Shown: positions 11,828 through 18,359 of the stretch, piece by piece | Numbering within the stretch: position 1 is the stretch's first letter | How the letters are laid out: the number at the start of each line of letters is the position of its first letter | Source of the DNA: an uncultured Lentisphaerota bacterium | GTDB lineage: Bacteria; Verrucomicrobiota; Lentisphaeria; Victivallales; UBA1829 | Direction: 5' to 3' | DNA: 64,000 nucleotides | Assembly (NCBI GenBank): GCA_900320095.1 | Contig: ONQZ01000001.1 | Location: 19,174-83,173, forward strand | Notes under the pieces: generated by a model | Seen by the model: only the letters and a program-made list of their open reading frames with translations | Database searches by the model: none | What the model was told of the DNA's origin: nothing | Position numbers and translations under genes: made by a program

Positions 11828-13864
11828 TTACTCTTTCTTCTTCCAGTCGAGCGCGCCGGTGGGACATTCCTTGACGCATGCGCCGCAATCGACGCAGTAA
11901 TCCGGGAGGCCCTGTCCGAAGGTCGTGTCGACCATGGTGTGGAATCCGCGTTTCATCATGCCGAGGAGAGACTTATTGATGACCTCGGAGCAGACTTTCA
12001 CGCAGGTGCCGCAGCGGATGCATTTCTGCTTGTCGTGGATGATGTATTTGTGGCGGACGTCGACGGCGGAGATCGGCTTGGCGCCCTTGTAGGCGTTGGG
12101 GTCGACGCCGTAGGCGGTCGAATGCTTCTTCAGCAGGCAGTCGTGCTTGCCGGTGCAGCTGCATTCGATGCAGCGGTCGGCTTCGCCGGAGACCTGTTCG
12201 GGCGTGAACGTCGGATACAGCTCGTGGAACGTGGTCTTGCGTTCCTCCAGCGGGATGTATTCGGGCTGGATGCGCTCGGCGTCGGAAACCTGGCGGATGT
12301 AGACGAGGTCTTCCTTCGCGAGGGAACGCCAGTGGCCGCGGGAGACGTTGAATTCGTACGGTGCCTTGTGCGGGACGCCGTTGAGGAAATCGACGACGGA
12401 GAGCGCGGCCTTGCGGCCGGCGGCGAGGGCTTCCACGACGGTGGCGGGGCCGGAGACGCAGTCGCCCGCGGCGAAGACTTTCTTTCTGCCGGAGCAGGTG
12501 AAATCGTCGGCGGAGATCTCGAAGCCGCGTTTGGAGGCGGCGAAGCCCTCGGGCACGACGGTGCGCTGGCCGATGGCGGAGATCACGGTATCGGCCTGGA
12601 GCTTGAACTCGGAGCCGGGGATCAGGACCGGGGAACGGCGTCCGGAGGCGTCGGGCTCGCCGAGCTGCATGCGTGCGCAGGAGAGGGAGAGGGAGCCGTC
12701 GGCGTTCTTCGTGAGCGCGGCGGGCGCGGTGAGGAATTCGAACTTGACGCCTTCCTCCATGGCCTCGTCGACTTCGATCGCCTGCGCGGGCATTTCATTG
12801 CGCGTGCGGCGGTACACGATGGTCACGTCGCCGCCGAGGCGGAGCGCGGTGCGGGCGCAGTCGATGGCGGTGTTGCCGCCGCCGACCACGATGGTGCGAC
12901 CGGGATTCGGGCAGTCCTTCCAGTTCTTTCCGGCGATGTCGCCGAGCCACTGGATGCCCTTCTGCGCGGCTTCCTCGCCGTCGATGCGCATGGAGCTGGA
13001 GGCCCAGGAGCCGACCGCGAGGATCACGGCGTCGAAATCCTGTTCGAGCTGTTCGATCGTGAAGTCCTTGCCCATCGTCTGGCCGGTGCGAATCTCGATC
13101 CCGCCCATCTTGCCGAAGTGGGCGAGCTCCTTGCGGAGCGTGTCCTTCGGGAGACGGAATTCCGGGATGCCGTAGCGGAGCATGCCGCCCGCTTCGGGCA
13201 TCTGTTCGAAGAGGAACGAGGCGACGCCCTGCAGGCGGAGGTAGTAGGCGGCGGAGAGGCCGGCGGGGCCCGCGCCGACGATGGCGACACGCTTGCCGTT
13301 GAGGGCGGGCAGGTCCTCCATGTAGGTGTCGTAGTACATGTCGGCGGAAAGGCGCTTCACGTCGTTGATGGAGACGGGCTTGCCTCCGATGTTGCGGCGG
13401 CAGTCGCGTTCGCAGAAACGGGGACAGACGCGGCCGACGGACATGGGCAGCGGGATGCGCTGCTTGATGATCTCAAGAGCTTTCCTGAAATCGCCGTTGC
13501 GGCCGGCGCGGACGTATTCCTCGACGGTGGCGTGCGCGGGGCAGGCGAGCGTGCAGGGGGCTTCGCAGTCGCCGGTGTGCTCGGAGACGAGCAGGGAGAG
13601 GGCGGTGCGGCGCATGTCCTTCACCTCGTCGGAGGAGGCGTCGATCTCCTGTCCGGGCGCGGGGCAGGCGGAGCAGGAGGGGAGGAACTTCCCGGTCTTG
13701 CAGTCCTTGACGACGCAGACGAAGCAGCTGGTCGTCTTGGAGATTTTCTGGTTGTAGCAGAGCGTGGGGATCTCCACGCCGATGCGGGCGGCAGCCTGGA
13801 GGATGGTCTCGCCCGGCTGTGCGGCGACCTCGCGGCCGTCGATTTTGAAGATGATATCAGACAT
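11828..13864 (-). CDS. NAD(P)H oxidoreductase subunit: [2Fe-2S] ferredoxin domain + GltD/NfnB-like FAD/NAD(P) domain + NuoG-like [4Fe-4S] domains (StnC-like)
   Basis: Start taken at ATG 13864 (MSDIIFKIDG), with GAGG 9 nt upstream. Contains CYNQKISKTTSCFVCVV (2Fe-2S), VAIVGAGPAGLSAAYYL plus VVGGGNTAIDCART (two Rossmann motifs as in the glutamate synthase small subunit), and CIRCGTCVKVC and CVDCGACVKECP. Confidence 0.8.
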   Translation of the reverse strand: MSDIIFKIDGREVAAQPGETILQAAARIGVEIPTLCYNQKISKTTSCFVCVVKDCKTGKFLPSCSACPAPGQEIDASSDEVKDMRRTALSLLVSEHTGDCEAPCTLACPAHATVEEYVRAGRNGDFRKALEIIKQRIPLPMSVGRVCPRFCERDCRRNIGGKPVSINDVKRLSADMYYDTYMEDLPALNGKRVAIVGAGPAGLSAAYYLRLQGVASFLFEQMPEAGGMLRYGIPEFRLPKDTLRKELAHFGKMGGIEIRTGQTMGKDFTIEQLEQDFDAVILAVGSWASSSMRIDGEEAAQKGIQWLGDIAGKNWKDCPNPGRTIVVGGGNTAIDCARTALRLGGDVTIVYRRTRNEMPAQAIEVDEAMEEGVKFEFLTAPAALTKNADGSLSLSCARMQLGEPDASGRRSPVLIPGSEFKLQADTVISAIGQRTVVPEGFAASKRGFEISADDFTCSGRKKVFAAGDCVSGPATVVEALAAGRKAALSVVDFLNGVPHKAPYEFNVSRGHWRSLAKEDLVYIRQVSDAERIQPEYIPLEERKTTFHELYPTFTPEQVSGEADRCIECSCTGKHDCLLKKHSTAYGVDPNAYKGAKPISAVDVRHKYIIHDKQKCIRCGTCVKVCSEVINKSLLGMMKRGFHTMVDTTFGQGLPDYCVDCGACVKECPTGALDWKKKE

Positions 13865-13874
13865 GGGTTTTACC

Positions 13875-15608
13875 TCAGGCATTGGCGGATTGTTTGCGGA
13901 CGCGGGAGACGGCCTTCTTCGGGCAGACTTCGATGCAGGAGTTGCACTTGGTGCACTTGGCGTTGTCGACGGAGAAGTTGTTCGCCGGGTCGATCGCGCC
14001 GACCGGGCAGGTCTTCACGCAGAGCTTGCACTTGATGCACTTGGCGGGGTCGATGGCGACGTCGACGAGCGCGGGACATGCGAGCGCCTCGCAGACGTGG
14101 TCCTGAACATGCGCGAGATATTCGTTCTTGAAGTAGCGGAGCGTGGAGAGCGCGGGGTTCGGGGCGGTCTGGCCGAGGCCGCAGAGCGCGCCCTTCTTGA
14201 TCTTCGGGGCGATGTCCTCCAGGAACGCGATGTCGTCCATGGAGCCCTTGCCGGAGGTGATGCGTTCGAGCGCTTCGTACATGCGCGTGGTGCCGACGCG
14301 GCAGAACGTGCACTTGCCGCAGGATTCGCGGCGGGTGAAGTTCAGGAAGTAACGCGCGGTCTCGACCATGCAGCGGTTGTTTCCGATCACGATGAGGCCG
14401 CCGGAGCCCATGATGGCGCCGAGCTTGCCGAGGGAGTCGTAGTCGATCTTCACGCCGAATTCGGAGGCGGGGATGCAGCCGCCGGAGGGACCGCCGGTCT
14501 GGACGGCCTTCACGGTGCCGGGCTCGGCTCCGCCGATGTCGTACACGATCTCGCCGAGTGTGATGCCCATGGGGACCTCGACGAGGCCCGGGGTCTTCAC
14601 GTCGCCTGCGAGGGCGAAGATCTTGGTGCCCTTGCTCTTTTCCGTGCCGATGGCGGCGTAGGCGTCCGCGCCGATCTGGAAGATGATCGGGATGTTCGCG
14701 AACGTCTCGACGTTGTTGATGGCGGTCGGCAGGGTGTTCCAGCCGCTGTCCGTGGGGAACGGCGGGCGGAAACGCGGGGTACCGCGCTTGCCTTCGAGCG
14801 AGTGGATCATGGCGGTCTCTTCGCCGCAGACGAACGCGCCGGCGCCTTCCTTGATGGTGATCTCAAGCGGGGCTTCGCGGTTCGGAAGCTTGTTGAGGCC
14901 GGCTTTCTTCATCTCCTCGATGGCGATCGTGAGGTGCTTGATGGCGAGGGGATATTCGGCGCGGCAGTAGATGAAGAGGCGGGTCGCGCCGGTGGCGTAC
15001 GCGCCGATGAGCATGCCTTCGAGGACCTGATAGGGGACGCTCTCCATCATGGAACGGTCCATGAACGCGCCCGGGTCGCCCTCGTCGGCGTTGCAGATCT
15101 GGACTTTGTCCGGGACTTTCTTCGCCGCGAGGAAGCTCCACTTCATGCCGGTGGGGAATCCCGCGCCTCCGCGGCCGCGGAGGCCGGACGCCTTGACCGC
15201 GTCGACGACCTGTTCGGGCGTCATGGTCAGGACTTTTTCGAGGGCGGAGAATCCGCCGTTCGCCTTGTATTCGTCGAGGGAGACGGGGTTGATGTGCCCG
15301 GCGAGACGGGTCACGAGGAGTTTTTCGAGCTTGGAGCGCTTTTCCGGGAAGACGAACCTGCCCTCTTCGCTCTGGGCGAGGATGGCGGCGGCGGCTTCGT
15401 CGGTGCCCTTCACGCGGCCGTAGAAGATGCTGGATCCGTCGGTGAGTTCGAGTTCGACGATCGGTTCGGCGTAGCAGTGGCCCATGCAGCCGGTTTCGCT
15501 GACGGGGATATTGCCCGCCTGCTTGCGGATGGCTTCGAGGACGGCGCCCGCTCCGGCGGCCAGACCGCAGGACGCGGTCCCGACTTTAATGCGTTTGATG
15601 TCTGCCAT
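13875..15608 (-). CDS. NuoF/HydB-like NADH-binding FMN flavoprotein subunit
   Basis: SGLRGRGGAGFPTGMKW, ICNADEGDPGAF, ESCGKCTFCRVGT. C-terminal 2x[4Fe-4S] (CIKCKLCVKTCP, CTKCNSCIEVCP). N-terminal thioredoxin-like 2Fe-2S segment. Confidence 0.9.
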   Translation of the reverse strand: MADIKRIKVGTASCGLAAGAGAVLEAIRKQAGNIPVSETGCMGHCYAEPIVELELTDGSSIFYGRVKGTDEAAAAILAQSEEGRFVFPEKRSKLEKLLVTRLAGHINPVSLDEYKANGGFSALEKVLTMTPEQVVDAVKASGLRGRGGAGFPTGMKWSFLAAKKVPDKVQICNADEGDPGAFMDRSMMESVPYQVLEGMLIGAYATGATRLFIYCRAEYPLAIKHLTIAIEEMKKAGLNKLPNREAPLEITIKEGAGAFVCGEETAMIHSLEGKRGTPRFRPPFPTDSGWNTLPTAINNVETFANIPIIFQIGADAYAAIGTEKSKGTKIFALAGDVKTPGLVEVPMGITLGEIVYDIGGAEPGTVKAVQTGGPSGGCIPASEFGVKIDYDSLGKLGAIMGSGGLIVIGNNRCMVETARYFLNFTRRESCGKCTFCRVGTTRMYEALERITSGKGSMDDIAFLEDIAPKIKKGALCGLGQTAPNPALSTLRYFKNEYLAHVQDHVCEALACPALVDVAIDPAKCIKCKLCVKTCPVGAIDPANNFSVDNAKCTKCNSCIEVCPKKAVSRVRKQSANA

Positions 15609-15614
15609 GGCGGA

Positions 15615-16070
15615 TCAGCCTTTCGCTTTGTACTCGTTGAGGATCTTCGTCAGGCTCTTACGGTCGAGCTTGCCATAGACGCGTCCATTGATGGAGAGGA
15701 CGGGGGCGAGGGAGCAGCAGCCGAGGCACGCGACGGTCTCGATGGAGAAGAGGCCGTCTTCGGTGGTCTCGCCGTCGCCGATGCCGAGTTCGGCGGAGAC
15801 CCAGGCGCGGATCTGCGTGGAGCCCTTGATATGGCAGGCGGTGCCGTCGCAGACGCTGAGTTTGTACTTGCCGGGTTTGGTGCGTTTGAACTGGGCGTAG
15901 AATGTGAGGACGCCTTCGACTTCCGCGGCCGGAATGCCGAAATGTTCCGCGGCCGCCAGGATGCCGTCGTTCGAGACGTATCCTTCGCGGGTCTGGATGA
16001 GCTGGAGCCCCTTGATCAGGTTGCCCTTGTCGGGCTCCACTTCTCCGAGGTAGGAAAAAGCACTGTTCAT
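15615..16070 (-). CDS. NuoE/HydC-like [2Fe-2S] subunit
   Basis: 151 aa. VCDGTACHIKG...ETVACLGCCSLAPVLSINGRVYGKL is the NuoE Cys pattern. Confidence 0.9.
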   Translation of the reverse strand: MNSAFSYLGEVEPDKGNLIKGLQLIQTREGYVSNDGILAAAEHFGIPAAEVEGVLTFYAQFKRTKPGKYKLSVCDGTACHIKGSTQIRAWVSAELGIGDGETTEDGLFSIETVACLGCCSLAPVLSINGRVYGKLDRKSLTKILNEYKAKG

Positions 16071-16136
16071 GATTTCCCCTGTGGGTGTTGATTGGGTGGG
16101 TAGGTTTGCAGGTTTGTTTTCGTATGCGCAAACTAT

Positions 16137-16164
16137 AATATAGCACGCTTTTCCGAATAAACAA
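16137..16164 (-). promoter_or_regulatory. putative promoter of the NuoE/NuoF/GltD-like operon
   Basis: Minus strand reads TTGTTT (16164-16159), a 16-nt spacer, then TGC-TATATT (16142-16137). It shares the TGYTATATTATA block with the gyrB and purF-like upstream regions. Confidence 0.35.
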
Positions 16165-16210
16165 GCCGGAAAGGCAATATTACGGTCTTTATCTTCCCGG
16201 AAAAGCCGCT

Positions 16211-17014
16211 TTATTCCGCAGGATCGCCGGATTGTTCGACCTGTTCCGTGGCGGCGGGTTCCTGCCGGAATGGGTCGTACAGGGAATCGTCAGGCGACAG
16301 GTAGCCGACGCGGTCCTCCCAGCCGGACGAATCCGCCGGACGCGGCGTGAAGGACAGCCAGGACGACGCATGACCGTCCACAAAGGCAGCGACGCACGCT
16401 TTGGAATGCCGGAAGTCGGCATAACCGCCCCTGCCCGAGGAGGGATTGTATAAAAAGGCGGTCGGCGCGGGACGTCCGTCGGTCCCGGTCAGGAAACACG
16501 CGGCGTCGGCGAGCAGGACCAGACGCGACGGCGTTTTCACCGCCTGAATGCGGCAGGGACGGTAGTTCGGGGGCGAGTCGGACGGTCTGGCGAAAGAAAG
16601 CTGGTAGTTCATGCCGTACCCGGCGTAACGCGCGGTCCAGGAGGGATTCAGGAAGAGGGCGGATTTCGCGGCGGGACACTCGAAGACGCGCCCCCTGGCC
16701 GCGCCGGAATCCGGCACGACGCGGGCAAGAATGCCCGGACCGCGGTGGTTCGCGGAGGATTCCCAGCTCTCAAACGACGCATCCCAGGCGGGACAGAAAT
16801 ACCCGCCGCTCGCATCGACGTAATACAGGTGCATCAGCGTGACCTCGCGGATGTTGCCGAGGCACAACGCCAGACGCGCACGGTCCCGCGACGACGACAG
16901 CGCGGGCAGGAGCAGTCCGGCAAGGATCGCGATGATCGCGATCACGACCAGAAGCTCGACCAGAGTAAACCGGCGCGCGGCGGCACCGGAAATCAAACGT
17001 GCATGCTGCTTCAT
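16211..17014 (-). CDS. DUF1559 / H-X9-DG protein with prepilin-type N-terminal cleavage/methylation motif
   Basis: Start trimmed to ATG 17014 (MKQHARLISGAAARRFTLVELLVVIAIIAILAGLLLPAL). The C-terminal region has HSKACVAAFVDG, which fits H-X9-DG. Confidence 0.85.
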   Translation of the reverse strand: MKQHARLISGAAARRFTLVELLVVIAIIAILAGLLLPALSSSRDRARLALCLGNIREVTLMHLYYVDASGGYFCPAWDASFESWESSANHRGPGILARVVPDSGAARGRVFECPAAKSALFLNPSWTARYAGYGMNYQLSFARPSDSPPNYRPCRIQAVKTPSRLVLLADAACFLTGTDGRPAPTAFLYNPSSGRGGYADFRHSKACVAAFVDGHASSWLSFTPRPADSSGWEDRVGYLSPDDSLYDPFRQEPAATEQVEQSGDPAE

Positions 17015-17262
17015 TTTCTCTTTGCGTAACGGGCACAAATGCCGGAGACAAGTCCGGCGCGGAAAAAGTTCGGAAGGGCGGGGATCCGGCTCGCGAAGAC
17101 AAGTTCGGCTCACGGTTGCTCGACAGTTCGTGATTCGCACACGATTCACCCGGTCCTTCCCGCGGACAGGGGAAAATACCATACACCCGAAACGGGGAAA
17201 TTGCAAGCGAAAAGCCGGATTCCGGGAAAGCGCGGCATCGACAAAGATAAAGAAGAAAAAGC

Positions 17263-17396
17263 CTTTCCCGCGTACACGTTATGCGCTACGCGGTAGTTTC
17301 AGTTAAAACAAACTCCTTTTAACTGAAACTAGGCTTTTTTCCATCAGAATAATAGTTTTCAGGCAACAGTTTCGGGATGGATTGCATTCCCCCGAT
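17263..17396 (+). repeat. hairpin composite repeat, copy 2 (long form)
   Basis: CTTTCCCGCGTACAC flank. Hairpin TAGTTTCAGTTAAAA-CAAACTCC-TTTTAACTGAAACTA at 17294-17331. GGCTTTTTT follows, then TTTTCAGGCAACAGTTTCGGGATGGATTGCATTCCCCCGATG. Confidence 0.85.
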
Positions 17397-17472
17397 GCCG
17401 CCAGGAGACAACCAGACAACCAATGCCGATCATAAAAAAACGGGGGCGGTGTCTTTCTGAAGCTTCCGAAAT

Positions 17473-17530
17473 CTTTCCCGCACACACGCGCTAGTTTCAG
17501 TTAAAACAAACTCCTTTTAACTGAAACTAG
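17473..17530 (+). repeat. hairpin composite repeat, copy 3 (short form)
   Basis: CTTTCCCGCACACACGCG flank plus CTAGTTTCAGTTAAAA-CAAACTCC-TTTTAACTGAAACTAG (17491-17530, 16-bp perfect stem). Confidence 0.85.
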
Positions 17531-17622
17531 AGTTTTGTCTTCGTCTTAGCTCGAGTTCGAGTCTTGCTGTCGCCTTGTTTTGTGTCCGGGCGTAGCCGGA
17601 CACTGCCGCAATGGAGGCCCTG

Positions 17623-17832
17623 CCTTACACACGCACACGTGTTACGCGCTAGTTTCAGTTAAAACAAACTCCTTTTAACTGAAACTAGGTTTTTTCTCCG
17701 GAAAACTGGTTTCAGGCAACGGTTTTGGGGATGGATTACACTCTGACGGTTTTGGGAATGGATTACACTCTGACGGTTTTGGGGATGGATTACACTCTGA
17801 CGGTTTTGGGGATGGATTGCAGTCCCCCGACG
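17623..17832 (+). repeat. hairpin composite repeat, copy 4 (long form, 3' arm expanded by the tandem repeat)
   Basis: CCTTACACACGCACACGTGTTACGCG flank. Hairpin at 17649-17688, GGTTTTTTCTCC, then TTTCAGGCAACGGTTTTGGGGATGGATT...GCAGTCCCCCGACG. Collinear with copy 2 apart from the internal 27-nt amplification. Confidence 0.85.
17720..17818 (+). repeat. 27-bp tandem repeat, about 3.7 copies
   Basis: Unit is CGGTTTTGGGGATGGATTACACTCTGA, at 17720-17746, 17747-17773 (one G to A change) and 17774-17800. A partial fourth unit runs to 17818. Confidence 0.9.
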
Positions 17833-17961
17833 TTACGCGGAAGACCGCCTGAAACCTCGTGACTTTATGGACTGTTTCGCGCAAACACTCCGGGGATCCC
17901 GCCTTTTCGACGGATTTTTCCATATTTTTTTGTTTTTCTTCAATTTTTATTCTTTTAGCGG

Positions 17962-17989
17962 TTGAAAACACGGAAAAAGCGTGTATTTT
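17962..17989 (+). promoter_or_regulatory. possible promoter of the hydrogenase-like operon
   Basis: TTGAAA (17962-17967), a 16-nt spacer, then TATTTT (17984-17989). About 90 nt upstream of ATG 18081, in an AT-rich stretch. Confidence 0.3.
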
Positions 17990-18080
17990 CCTGTATTGGC
18001 TATTCTTTCACACGGACAGGACACACAACCGCCTGCGCCCATTCTATCAGCCCGGCCCGCGGAGAAAAGGAACTGCACAC

Positions 18081-18359
18081 ATGAGCGACGACACGAAAAT
18101 CGAAGTGGAAATCTTCTGCGGCATGACCTGCTACATGCTGGGAAATGCCCGAATCCTGAACATCGGAGCGCATTTGCCCGAGAAATGGCTTCCGAACATC
18201 GAACTGATGGTGTCGCCGTGTCCCGTGGACTGCGGGTGTCTGGACCTCGCGAAGGCTCCGTTCGCCCGCATCAACGGCCAGCTCATCCAGAACGCCACGC
18301 TGGAATCCGTCTGCGCGGCCATCACCGAGATCATGAACCGGCAGGAGGAGGAGGCATGA
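18081..18359 (+). CDS. small thioredoxin-like [2Fe-2S] ferredoxin (NuoE/HydC-like fold)
   Basis: Start trimmed to ATG 18081 (MSDDTKIEVEIFCGMTCYMLG...SPCPVDCGC). 92 aa with a Cx3C...Cx3CxC pattern. ATGA overlap with the next gene. Confidence 0.6.
   Translation: MSDDTKIEVEIFCGMTCYMLGNARILNIGAHLPEKWLPNIELMVSPCPVDCGCLDLAKAPFARINGQLIQNATLESVCAAITEIMNRQEEEA

Noticed and set aside
11780-16091. Two plus-strand ORFs of 751 and 775 aa (11780-14035 and 13764-16091) covering the NuoE/NuoF/GltD-like operon.
   Set aside because: They are antisense to three genes with clear Fe-S and flavin motifs. They are low-complexity Gly/Ala/Asp/Arg-rich translations.
17294-17688. Possible CRISPR array, because three identical ~40-nt repeats are regularly spaced.
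   Set aside because: Spacers would be about 120-160 nt, far outside the usual 25-50 nt range. The repeats are perfect 15-16 bp palindromes with conserved asymmetric flanks. Two of the putative spacers are homologous to each other. No cas gene is in the window.
17294-17688. Integron attC sites or a CALIN cluster, suggested by the hairpin-forming repeats.
   Set aside because: There is no IntI gene. No cassette-sized ORFs lie between the repeats. The stem ends do not fit the RYYYAAC / GTTRRRY core-site pattern (GTTAAAA has A at the Y position). attC extrahelical bases are absent, as the stems are perfect.
17675-17971. 98-aa minus-strand ORF encoding a repeated PKPSECNPS peptide across the 27-bp tandem repeat.
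   Set aside because: It has a GTG start without a Shine-Dalgarno sequence. It is AT-rich, unlike the genes of this genome. It terminates inside the conserved hairpin. The in-frame repeat follows simply from a 27-nt unit. It is kept only as an alternative hypothesis in the tandem-repeat finding.
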